Numbered from the stretch's first letter, positions 26,985 through 38,165 are shown. The stretch: 64,000 nt of DNA from Chiloscyllium plagiosum (GCF_004010195.1 NC_057718.1:15667416-15731415); one strand, 5' to 3'. The notes: generated by a model from the sequence alone, not told the origin. A program made the numbers and translations.

Positions 26985-27985
26985 CCCCCATAAAAACACT
27001 ATCCCTTACTCCCAATTCCTCTGTTTCTATCGCATTTGCTCCCATTCTAGAACATCCCACATGGCCTCCTACTTTAAGGACCACAATTTCCTCTCCCACG
27101 TTGTCAAAAATGCTCTCCAGCGCATCTCCTCAACTTCCTGCACCTCTGCCCTTGAATGCCACCCTTCCAAGCGCAACAAGGAGAGAACCTCCCTGGTCCT
27201 CACCTTCCAACCCACCAATCTCCAGATACAATGCATCTTCCTCTGCAGTCAGACCCCACAACCAATGATATATTTCCCTCCCCACACCTATCAGCATTCC
27301 ACAGATACCATTCCCTCTGCAACTCCCTCATTAGGTCCACGCCCCCCATTAACCCACCCTCCACTCTCAGCTCCTTCCCTTGCCACCTCAAGAGCTGTAA
27401 AACCTGCACCCACACCTCCCCCTCACCTCCATCCAAGGCCCCAGAGGATCCTTCCACATCTGGCAGAGATTTTCTTGCACATCATTTACTGTATCCGTTG
27501 CTTTCGATGTGGTCTCCTCTACACTGGGGAGACAGGTTGCCAACTCGTGGAACATTTCGGAGAACATCTTTGGGCCACTAGCACCAAACAACCCTACCGC
27601 CCTGTGGCCAACCACTTCAACTCCTCCTTCCACTCTGCCAAGGACATGCAAGTCTCCTCATCACCAAATTCTAGCCACCCCAGCTGGAGGAAGAATGCCT
27701 CATCTTCTGCCTTGGGACCCTCCAACCACACTGCATCAATGCTGATTTCACCAATTTCCTCATCTCCTTTCCCTCTGTCTCACTCCAGATCCAACCCTCC
27801 AACTTGGCACTACCCTCTTGAACTCTCCCACCTGTCCATATTCCTTCTCACCTATCCACTCCACCATTTGTTCCGACCTATCACAATCACCCCACACCTG
27901 CACCCACCTATCGCCTTCCAAGCTACCTTCCCGCTTGCTGCCTGACCTGCTGTGTTTTTCCAGCACCACACCTTTCAACTCTGAT
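26985..27985 (+). mobile_element. Neptune-type Penelope-like element fragment
   Basis: Motifs IPYSQFLCFYRICS, LVLTFQP and IIYCIRCFRCGLLYTGETG...FGEHL...VANHFN. Confidence 0.85.
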
Positions 27986-28397
27986 TAGTGATAGTCACCA
28001 TGGCTGTGTGTGGGGGAAATGGTGTCTCACTAACTTGATTGAGTTTTTTTAAAGAAGTGACAAAGAAGATTGATGAATGCAGAGTAGTAGATGTTGTCTA
28101 CATGGACTTCAGCAAGGCGTTTGACAAGGTTCTGCGTGATAGACTGGTTGGCAAATTTTGTTCACGTGGACTCTAAGGGAGCTAGCCAATTGTATACAAA
28201 GTTGCCTTGAAGGTCAGAGACAGAGGGTGGTGGTTCAGGGTTGTTTCTCAGACTGGAGGCCTGTGATCATTGGTATATCATAAGGTCCACTGCTTTTTTA
28301 AATTTATATAAAGATTTTGATGTGAACTTAGGAGGTATGGTTAGTAAGTTGGCAGATGACATGAAAATTTGTGGTGTAGTGGACAGTGAAGATGGTT
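27986..28397 (+). mobile_element. CR1 RT fragment
   Basis: Motifs CLTNLIEFF, VDVVYMDFSKAFDKV and KLADDMK. Confidence 0.82.
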
Positions 28398-28416
28398 ATT
28401 TTTATAAATGACTTAG

Positions 28417-28712
28417 CACAGCCAGAAAATTCCTAGAGGCATGGCACTCATCCACAGATTCAATCAATAAGCACATCGACCTGGATCCAATATACTGGCC
28501 ACTGCAACGCACAGCTGGAACTGACAACCGGAAGCGGCAGATTCAAACCACTACAAATGCCGGAGGAAAGATCACAGAAGCGCTTCACAGGAGGCTCCCA
28601 AGCACTGAGGATGTCACCTAGACAGGGGACGAAACGTCTGCAACACAAATTCCCAGCTCGGCGAACAGAACCACAACAACGAGCACCCGAGCTACAAATC
28701 TTTTCACGAACT
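28417..28712 (+). mobile_element. Penelope-like 3' repeat with an intact hammerhead core
   Basis: Encodes EFLEAWHS..SINKHIDLDPIY. Hammerhead GCA-CTGAGGA-T-GTCACC..GGGGAC-GAAACGTC-TGC at 28602-28641. Terminus GAGCTACAAATCTT. Confidence 0.82.
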
Positions 28713-29173
28713 TTGAATGTAGATGAGGGTAGGGCAGTTGACATGGTATACGTGGAATTCAGTAAAGCCTTTAATAAGGCTCCACATGGTAAGCTGTTGG
28801 AGAAAATGCAGAGGCAGGAATTGAGGGTGATTCAGCAGTTTGGATTAGAAAGTGGCTTTCTGAAAGAAGGCAGCGAGTGGTGGTTGATGGAAAATATTCA
28901 GCCTGGAGTCTGGTTACGAGTGGTGTGCCACAAGGATCTGTTTTGGGACACTGCTGTTTGTCATTTTTATAAATGACTTAGACGCAGGCATAGGTGGATG
29001 GATTAGTAAATTTGCAGGTGGCGCTAAAGTCGGTGGAGTAGTGGACAGTTTGGAAGAATGTTACAGGTTGCAGGGGGACTTGGATAAACTGCAGAATTGG
29101 GCTGAGAGGTGACAAATGGAGTTCAATGCAGCTAAATGTGAGGTGATGCACTTTGGGAAGAATAACAGGAAGG
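28713..29173 (+). mobile_element. CR1 RT fragment (left part of the LINE interrupted by the ERV)
   Basis: Encodes DEGRAVDMVYVEFSKAFNK...MEFNAAKCEVMHFGKNN. It resumes after the ERV at 35973. Confidence 0.82.
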
Positions 29174-29663
29174 NNNNNNNNNNNNNNNNNNNNNNNNNNN
29201 NNNNNNNNNNNNNNNNNNNNNNNNNNNNNNNNNNNNNNNNNNNNNNNNNNNNNNNNNNNNNNNNNNNNNNNNNNNNNNNNNNNNNNNNNNNNNNNNNNNN
29301 NNNNNNNNNNNNNNNNNNNNNNNNNNNNNNNNNNNNNNNNNNNNNNNNNNNNNNNNNNNNNNNNNNNNNNNNNNNNNNNNNNNNNNNNNNNNNNNNNNNN
29401 NNNNNNNNNNNNNNNNNNNNNNNNNNNNNNNNNNNNNNNNNNNNNNNNNNNNNNNNNNNNNNNNNNNNNNNNNNNNNNNNNNNNNNNNNNNNNNNTCATC
29501 CCGCTGTAGGTCATTGTTAGGCATATTCTTTCTTCATCATTATCTACTCTCTCCATCTGTACCTTCCCCTACCATATTGATCCTTATGACCCTTTTAATT
29601 GGGGTTTGTTCCTGTGTCTCTGTAAAAGTGGGAAACAGATGTTTATACCTACTGTTTGTACAG

Positions 29664-29927
29664 GCATATCTAGTTTAACTTCCTCCCCTCACAGCATCTT
29701 ATTTATTCGCCTGTAATATCTACCATTGTTTTGCAGTCACGTTTCATTCTGGCATACAATTTTAGCTAATACAAAAACAGTTATATATTTCCTCCACATC
29801 GTTTCCATTCTTGTTGACTCAGCTCTTGGCTGAAACAATTACACACTGGTGTGAGTTCATTTACTTTTATATAATCAATTATAATTGCAGAATTGCAGAA
29901 GTAACATTAATTTACCTATATCCCACA
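29664..29927 (-). repeat. ERV 3' LTR, segment shared with the 5' LTR
   Basis: Direct repeat of 35709-35972 with one mismatch seen. Begins TGTGGGATA right after the PPT. Confidence 0.92.
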
Positions 29928-29928
29928 A

Positions 29929-29944
29929 TTTCCCCTTTTTCTTT
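29929..29944 (-). promoter_or_regulatory. ERV polypurine tract
   Basis: AAAGAAAAAGGGGAAA immediately precedes T-TGTGGG at the 3' LTR start. Confidence 0.88.
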
Positions 29945-29977
29945 AATTTACCATTTGTTATCTTCTGCATTTTTCTT

Positions 29978-31857
29978 TTAAGCATCGCCCCCGAAATTCA
30001 CAAGCATCATATCGGAGATTTCATCCATCTTGGTCTCATTCATTTTCTCATTATTTAGTCGATAAAATTCTTCTGCCTGATTTCCTTTTAGGGGCATCTG
30101 TTTCATTAATGCTGTCTCAAGCAGTCTTTGGGTGAGCCCTCATATACAGGGTATGATACAACAGCCAATGGCCACCAATACCCCGACTACTACTATCAGG
30201 GAAGTAAGGATGGAAACTACCACCCCCTTCTACCTTCCAAACCAGGATTCAAGCCATCCCGTGAGAGATGTGTCCTCTCCTGAATTCTCAGCCAGTTCCT
30301 CTGCTAAGGTAGTCAATCCCCTTAAGGCCCGAGTAATTGAACCATCAGGTGCAGTGTTATTAGGATTAAAGGTACAAAGCTTCCTCCTAACATCACACAC
30401 ACCCTTTTTCTGCTAAAATCATATCAAGGGCCATTCTGTTCTCCCATACCATCCTACTTGTCGCATCAAGCCGGCCTGATATTCTTTTAACCGCATCTCT
30501 TGTATAATTTATAAATCGCTGTTGATTATAGAAAATGTAATTTATCCAATCTACATTTTTATTAATTGTTACCCACCAAAAGAGAGCTGACTCAAAGCCT
30601 GTTGCAATCTGGTTACGAGCCTTGAATTCATCAGGTACCTCCCCCGAGGGACTCCTACCGAATCGAGATAAATCCTGTCATCGAAAGAAGTGTCTAACAG
30701 TAATCTCTTACCCCTACCCTTTTTCCCTGCTATCTTTTCCTTCTCAAATGCCAGGGTAAATGGAATTGCCAATTGTACAATTGCACATATCCCTCTCCAA
30801 TCCGGAGGTAGCGTGGGTCTCAATATTTTGCCTCCACAGTACCACCACAGATCCGCTCGGGGAACCTTTCGTGCTGAGTAGTTCCCTCCTTTCTCCGTTT
30901 CGGTGACATTCTTAATCTCTGTACATAATTTCAGCTCCCCCAAATCTCTAGACCGACTTGTATCTCGTCTACGCACACACGACGTGTGATTTCCAACTGC
31001 GGCGGAAAATGTGGGGTGACTTTTGCATCTTTCTTCAAGGGAGGGAACATCAGAGATAGGGAGGTACAATTCCTATCATTCCATGCAGTCTCATCCTGAT
31101 ACAGGGCTATCATACATTTCATGCCCTTCCTGTCTCGCTTCCACCCGAGCGGAAAGGAAACCACCTGGGTTACTGGCCTACCTGAGGCACATGCATAGCA
31201 ACTGCTCTTGTTCAGACTTTTTACAGTACACTTTACCCATTCAACCCAGGCATTTGCATCCCTGTACCCAGTTTCTATTTTGATAGTCTGTTTCAAGTCC
31301 TTTACCTCTATAATTTTTACTACTTTAGGATCAGCGGGAGGGGTGAAAGGTTGTATCTCATTATCCAGTAGTTCTACCCGTTTTCCCTGTCCTACACTAA
31401 TTCGAAAACAACAGCCCAAGAAATCCTTCCCATTTGCTTTCATTTCTATCCCAAATGTTTCATTTAATTGTATCTCATAGGTGCCCCCGCCCCCCCCCAG
31501 AATTGCTTCGTGCCATGTGGATTTCCTTATTGTTAGGTATATTGGGTTACACTTTTTATCGGGACAATCACAAGCTGGTCAGAAGGGGGTCCGGTGTACT
31601 GTGACGAGACCATTATACCAAGTACCATCCCCAAGGCCATCCCCATAGGACTTGAGATGTATCTCAGAGCTGCGGTACTGTCTCTGATTATCTACATCCC
31701 CACAATTTACTAAGCTGCATGCATCAGCGTCTATTACTTGTAGATTATCAGACTCAGGAACTGTTAATATTACATATGAAAATGATATTTGACAAAATTC
31801 CAATACTAAGAGGGCTAGCATCATAACTCTAAGCTTTCCCAGTATTCTAAACATCAT
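29978..31857 (-). pseudogene. env: ERV env, frameshifted
   Basis: Hydrophobic signal-like N-terminus, SU CYAC motif and furin-like RGKR. TM reads GVPRG/VPDEFKARNQIATGFES..WWVTINKNVDWINYIFYNQQRFINYT, with ISD-like WENRMALDMILAEKG and a membrane anchor followed by GCCIIP. Several frameshifts and stops. Confidence 0.9.
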
Positions 31858-31934
31858 GCTGAAGCACAAAAAGACTTAATATACAATCTTACAGAAATAA
31901 TCCCGCGCTCGCGTCGCCACTGTATAATCAGTTA

Positions 31935-33024
31935 CTCAAAGTCTCTTTAGTCTGAGTTTCAGCGGGTCTTGCGTTGATTCGGCTATCCAGACTTCTTCCT
32001 CCACTGGAAGGTCCACTGCCCCTTTGATCCGAGTGTAGTGAGTCCACCTTTCTCCACCGTCCTTATTGCCGTTTCGGTAGTCAAAAGAGCCTGGTACGGC
32101 CCTTCCCAGTCCGGCTGCAATTTAGTCTCTGTCCATGATTTTACTAAGATCCAATCGCCCGGCCGGATGAAATGAACGGTGAATTCAAGGGGTGGAGTCG
32201 GTGCCAATAAACCCTGTTTCCTGAGGAAAGACAGAGAGGAGGACAAGCCCAGGATATACTTCTTTAAGAACAAATCTTTAGTTTCGGGAATTGGCAATTC
32301 TCCATTCGTTCCCAGATAAGGTAATCCAAATAAGATTTCATAGGGGGTTGGTCCTAAACCTTTCTTCCGCCAAGGGACAAGCCCAAAAGGCTTTAAATCT
32401 ATGACACTAAACCATTTGTGGTCATGGGGGAATCTTACTTAATAATGTATAGGGGTTTGGCACCACTGGGTGCCTGATCTGTACTATTCGATTTAATGTT
32501 CTCAAATCCTGCACCAATCGATAAGTTCCATCAGATTTCCGCACTGGTAGAATTGGGGTATTATAAGGAGACATACATGGCTCCAACAGTCCATCTCTAA
32601 TCAGTCCCTCAATTACTGGCTGCAGTCCTCGTTTACCTTCTATGGAAATGGGATATTGTCGCTCACTGACAATGTCCCCTTTCCTTTTTAAATTTACTTC
32701 AAGGGGAGGGATCTGTAGTCCTCCACGTTTCCCTTCCCTAGCCCATACAATAGGGTCTATCTCTCTCACTGCATCCTCTGTCAACATCGCCAGTTGTACA
32801 ACTAATTATTTTTCCTGAATTCCAATCTCCAGTCCTAAAAGGATAATTAAGGCTCTCGCCAGTAAGTTACTTCCTATATCAAGGATATACAGCAGTTCCC
32901 CTGTAACCCTACCTTTAGGACCTTCTATCATCATAGGTTCAAATACTGGAACAGTAAATCCTTCCCCTTTCACCCCCGAAACAGTAATTGACCGTGTTAA
33001 CATTTCTACTTTCTTTGGTTTAAA
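31935..33024 (-). pseudogene. pol: ERV pro-pol remnant with a large internal deletion
   Basis: Protease tail NLLARALI, then RT start QYPISIEGKRGLQPVIEGLIRDGLLEPCMSPYNTPILPVRKSDGTYRLVQDLR...KWFSVIDLK. This joins directly to the integrase C-terminus PYEILFGLPY...PGDWILVKSW...WEGPYQALLTTETA. Confidence 0.9.
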
Positions 33025-33891
33025 NNNNNNNNNNNNNNNNNNNNNNNNNNNNNNNNNNNNNNNNNNNNNNNNNNNNNNNNNNNNNNNNNNNNNNNNNNNN
33101 NNNNNNNNNNNNNNNNNNNNNNNNNNNNNNNNNNNNNNNNNNNNNNNNNNNNNNNNNNNNNNNNNNNNNNNNNNNNNNNNNNNNNNNNNNNNNNNNNNNN
33201 NNNNNNNNNNNNNNNNNNNNNNNNNNNNNNNNNNNNNNNNNNNNNNNNNNNNNNNNNNNNNNNNNNNNNNNNNNNNNNNNNNNNNNNNNNNNNNNNNNNN
33301 NNNNNNNNNNNNNNNNNNNNNNNNNNNNNNNNNNNNNNNNNNNNNNNNNNNNNNNNNNNNNNNNNNNNNNNNNNNNNNNNNNNNNNNNNNNNNNNNNNNN
33401 NNNNNNNNNNNNNNNNNNNNNNNNNNNNNNNNNNNNNNNNNNNNNNNNNNNNNNNNNNNNNNNNNNNNNNNNNNNNNNNNNNNNNNNNNNNNNNNNNNNN
33501 NNNNNNNNNNNNNNNNNNNNNNNNNNNNNNNNNNNNNNNNNNNNNNNNNNNNNNNNNNNNNNNNNNNNNNNNNNNNNNNNNNNNNNNNNNNNNNNNNNNN
33601 NNNNNNNNNNNNNNNNNNNNNNNNNNNNNNNNNNNNNNNNNNNNNNNNNNNNNNNNNNNNNNNNNNNNNNNNNNNNNNNNNNNNNNNNNNNNNNNNNNNN
33701 NNNNNNNNNNNNNNNNNNNNNNNNNNNNNNNNNNNNNNNNNNNNNNNNNNNNNNNNNNNNNNNNNNNNNNNNNNNNNNNNNNNNNNNNNNNNNNNNNNNN
33801 NNNNNNNNNNNNNNNNNNNNNNNNNNNNNNNNNNNNNNNNNNNNNNNNNNNNNNNNNNNNNNNNNNNNNNNNNNNNNNNNNNNNNNNNNNN

Positions 33892-34064
33892 GTATACAGA
33901 CTGGGCCCCAAAAATTGATCAATTTGTTCAGACAACCCTACTGGATCCTCAACCAGGACCTTCATTTCCTTTTTAAATGTTCTAACCTCCCCACTGGTGA
34001 GGGGGGCACTCACAAACCCAATCTCTTTGTCCCCTATTGGTACCTCCCAAAGGGGATAAGTCAT
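33892..34064 (-). pseudogene. gag: ERV gag capsid N-terminal fragment
   Basis: Encodes YPLWEVPIGDKEIGFVSAPLTSGEVRTFKKEMKVLVEDPVGLSEQIDQFLGPSLY and continues into the gap. Confidence 0.85.
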
Positions 34065-34825
34065 TACGTTCTTCCCCTTTTTCTTTTTTAAAAAAATATT
34101 ACAATATTTCTAGCTCCCCATAATTTCAAACACCAATTCATCAATTCATGCTTGACTAACTTTAAAGCCTGTTCCAAACTTGTAAATATATTTATATATT
34201 TACGTTCATTTATTCAGTATTTAATATTTAAAATGTAAAATGCATACAGTTCCCAATTTTGAAATCCACTGTAATCACCCAGTTTTAGTCCCTTAATTTA
34301 AATCCAAAATTAGTTTTCTTATGTAGTCCTGACTAATCATTGCTCAATTACAATACTATAGGTCGTGAAATAATCAGAGCAGCCTTAAAAGAATTTGTCT
34401 ATTCAAGTTTTAAAAAAAACTTCTAATTCATGAACAATAGCCGAATCCAAGGTCACAGATATTAACCATAGGAGTTTTGTTTTTACTACAATCTAATGTT
34501 GAACTGAAACTTCAACTGTCCTCCATAAATCGCTTTTATGTAAAGATAAAAGAGATTGGTTAGAAACTGATAGTAAGGCAGTCATGACCTGTAAAAAGAA
34601 CAGGAGTTATTATTCTTTTTTTCATAATCTCTATAGAATCCTTAACCTTAAAAGAAATCATGTTAAGTTTCCATAATAAAACTCAGATTCAAAACAGTCC
34701 TGGAACTCAAGCGCCAGGGAATAAAACGCAAACATTCAATCATCAACAAACAAATGTGCATTCAAACAAAATCACAAAGGGTTAAACTTTCTACCAGCTG
34801 TACAGCTTTTTTCATTCTCTCTCTC

Positions 34826-35101
34826 TCACTCATTGACATATAAATTCAGATATTTACAAACCCAGACTTCGTCTGACCTGTACTTTGGCCAGAAGACGGC
34901 GGGACAAAGAATGGATTCCTTAGTCCATACAAAGCAACAATATTTAATCATCTTTTTCCCTTGTACAAGTATTATTTTGCCAATTCCACAACATCCTGCC
35001 CAACGGACTTTCTGGAGGTATGTTGTAAGGGACCCCGCCTCCATTTCCATTGCCTTGTTCGTCTTTTGTTTTCCCGGAGGCTTTTTCCTTACCCACGACA
35101 C
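34826..35101 (-). pseudogene. gag: ERV gag matrix fragment
   Basis: Encodes KKMIKYCCFVWTKE...VFWPKYRSDEVWVCKYLNLYVN, a class I ERV matrix-like sequence downstream of the PBS. Confidence 0.78.
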
Positions 35102-35403
35102 AATCCATATTGAGTTCCTTCGTTAGTCCCTTATTAACTACTAAAACTCAATTCCGGCCACCAAGGCAATACTTAAAAGTCAAGTTTCTTACCTTGGTCT
35201 GTTCACAGAGTTGCCTGGCCCCTTTTCGCCGTATTTTCTATCGACGTCCTCTCACTGTCTGATTCAGATGTCTCTCCTGTGGGATTCGTACCAGTCGCCC
35301 AAGGGAACGGACCAAACCGGGACACGAGACTGCTTCTCAATGGGGAACGGGACGTGTCTTCCCAGTGTCCAGGGCCAGCCACTCCCCCCGGCAATGGAAG
35401 AAC

Positions 35404-35420
35404 ATCCCGGACAGCCCCCA
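35404..35420 (-). promoter_or_regulatory. ERV primer-binding site, tRNA-Pro type
   Basis: TGGGGGCTGTCCGGGAT lies 2 nt after the LTR end CA. It equals the canonical Pro PBS TGGGGGCTCGTCCGGGAT minus one C. Confidence 0.85.
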
Positions 35421-35422
35421 AT

Positions 35423-35972
35423 TGTGAGAAACAATGCCCACACACTTCAATAATTGCAGTCCGAGACAAAATCTGAATCAGCAGTGTCCTTTATTTTACA
35501 CTTGCAAGAGGGTGTGATGTCCAGTGCCTATAAGGCAGAGGACATACACACCCCAAATTCAATTCATACACAATATTTATATAATTTGGTTTCTTTTATT
35601 TTACATTGCTCCTCCCCTGTTTACATCCTCCACTTCCCTAAAACTGGCCCCCATTACTCCTGTTTATCTCTTGCCTTATCCGGCCTTGTCTGTGACAAAA
35701 TGCTTATTGCATATCTAGTTTAACTTCCTCCCCTCACAGCATCTTATTTATTCGCCTGTAATATCTACCATTGTTTTGCAGTCACGTTTCATTCTGGCAT
35801 ACAATTTTAGCTAATACAAAAACAGTTATATATTTCCTCCACATCGTTTCCATTCTTGTTGACTCAGCTCTTGGCTGAAACAATTACACACTGGTGTGAG
35901 TTCATTTACTTTTATATAATCAATTAGAATTGCAGAATTGCAGAAGTAACATTAATTTACCTATATCCCACA
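35423..35972 (-). repeat. ERV 5' LTR (about 550 bp)
   Basis: TG...CA termini, TATATAAA at 35583-35576 and AATAAA at 35485-35480, followed by the PBS. Confidence 0.9.
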
Positions 35973-36450
35973 ACGTGGAAGCACTGGAAAATGTGCAGAG
36001 GAGATTTACTAGGATGTTGCCTAGTCTTGAGGGAAGGTCTTATGAGGAAAGGCTGAGAGACTTGGGTCTGTTCTTATTGGAAAGAAGAAGGCTAAGAGGG
36101 GATTTGATAAGAGACATACAAGATGATCAGAGGGTTAGATAGGGTAGGCAGTGAAAGTCTTTTTTCTCGGATGATGACGTCAGCTTGTACGAGGGGGCAT
36201 AACTACAAATTGAGGTTTGATAGATTTAAGACAGATGTCAGAGGTAGGTTCATTACGCATAGAGTGGTAAGGCCATGGAATGCCCTACCTGCCAATGTAG
36301 TCAACTTAGCTACGTTAGGAAGATTTAAACAATCCTTGGATAAGCACATGGATGATGATGGGATAGTACCGAGCTGAGAATAGTTCACAGGTTGGCACAG
36401 CATTGAGGACCGAAGGGCCTGTTCTGCGGTGTATGGTTCTATGTTCCATT
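35973..36450 (+). mobile_element. CR1 3' end (right part of the LINE interrupted by the ERV)
   Basis: Encodes [18 protein letters not shown]...RVVRPWNALP, with a GTTCTATGTTC tail. Confidence 0.88.
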
Positions 36451-36519
36451 TTATCTGCTTTCTTTGTTAATAAGCTTTCTTTTTTCCTTTTGTCATTAAA
36501 CTTCACACAAGGCCATAAT

Positions 36520-38165
36520 TACTTCTTGTCAGTCTTTATGGTGGAGAACACGAATAATATCCCAAACATTCAAGATGGTGAGGGAGCAGAGCTGAGTATG
36601 GTGGCTATCACCAAGGAGAAGCTGCTAGAAAAACTGAATGGCCTGAAAGTGAATAAATCACCTGGACCAGATGGATGTCACACCAGAGTTCTAATGGAGA
36701 AAGCTGAAGAAGTTAGTGGTGATCTTTCAGGAATCGCTAGGATCAGGGAGGGTCCCAGAGGACTGCAAATCACTAATGTTTGAAAAGGGAGTAAGGCAAA
36801 AGATGGGAAATTACAGACTGATTAGCCTAACGTCGGTCATGTGTAAGATCCTGGAATCCATTATGAAGGATGAGATTTCTGATTACTTGGAAGTGTATGG
36901 TAAAATAGGACAAAGTCAGCATTGTTTCATCAAGAGGAGGTCATGCTGACAAATCTGTTAGAATTCTTTGAGCAGGTTAGACCAAGGAGAGCAATGAATG
37001 TTTTCTACATGGACTTTAAGAAGGCCTTTGACAAGGTGCTGCACAGGAGGCTGCTGAGTAAGCTAAGGGCAGATGGTGTCAGAGGCAAAGTGCTAGAATG
37101 GATAAAAGCTTGATTGTCTGGCAGAAAACAGAGTAAAGATAAAAGGGTCCTTCTCAGGGTGGCAGCCAGTGACAAGTGGTGTTCTGCAAGACTTAGTGTT
37201 GGGACCACTAGTTTTCACTTTATACATTAATGATCCACATCAAGAAACTGAGGGCATTATGGATAGGTTTGCAGATGATACAATGATAGGTAGAGAGACA
37301 GGTAGCATTGAGGAGGTGGGGAGGCTGCAGAAGGATTTGGACAGGTGAGGAGAGTGGGCAAAGAAGTGGCAGATGGAGTACAACATGGAAAGTGTGAGGT
37401 CATGCACCTTGGTAGGAAGAATAGAGGCATAGACTATATTCTAAATGGGAAGAAGATTCAGAAGTCTGAAGTGCAAAGAGACTTGGGAGTTCTAGACCAG
37501 GATTCTCTCAAGGTAAATTTGCAGGTTGAGTCAGCAGTTAGGAAGGCAAATGCAATGATGGCATTTATTTTGAGAGGATTTGAATATAAAAGGAGGGGTG
37601 TACTTTTGAGGCTCTATAATGCGCTGGTCAGACCACATTTGAAGTATTGTGTGCAGCTTTGGGTGCCATATCTCAAGAGGGGGATGGACTGACCCTGGTG
37701 CGTGTTCAGAGGAGGTTCACGAGAATGGTCACAGGAATGAAAAGCTTAACATATGAGGAACATTTGAGGACTCTGGGTTTTCCTCAATAGAGTTTAGAAG
37801 GATGAGGGGAAATCTAATTGAAACATACAGAATACTGAATGGCTGAATAGAGTAGATGTTGGAAGGTGTGTCCATTGGTAGGAGAGACTAGGACCCGAGG
37901 ACACAGCCGTAGAGTAAAGGGAAGACAGAGATAAGGAGAAATGTCTTCAGCCAGAGAGTGGTGAATCCATGGAATTCATTGCCTATGAAGGCCAGGTCAT
38001 TGAGTAAATTTAAGACTTAGATAGGTTCTGAGTATCAAGACGATGAAGGGTTATGGGGAGCAAATGGGAGAAAGGAGTTGAGTAATGTATCAGCCATGAT
38101 TGAGTCTGCTCTGCCATTCAATGGGCTGAATGATCTAATTTCTGCTCCTATGTCTTATGGTCTTA
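36520..38165 (+). mobile_element. CR1 LINE ORF2 RT half plus tail
   Basis: Motifs NKSPGPDG, NYRLISLTS, YMDFKKAFDKV, FADDT and LVRPHLKYC. Confidence 0.9.

Larger units (their letters stand above)
29496..35972 (-). mobile_element. Endogenous retrovirus, class I (HERV-I/HERV-IP-like), defective provirus
   Basis: Order is LTR, PBS(Pro), gag, pro-pol, env, PPT, LTR on the minus strand. The LTRs share 264 bp and start with TG. The left end is lost in a gap. Confidence 0.93.

Noticed and set aside
30620..30640. CTGATGA on the minus strand within env
   Set aside because: No stem II or GAAA follows. It simply encodes PDE in env.
30569..31869. Possible domesticated env (syncytin-like gene)
   Set aside because: env is split by several frameshifts and stops and still lies inside a provirus.
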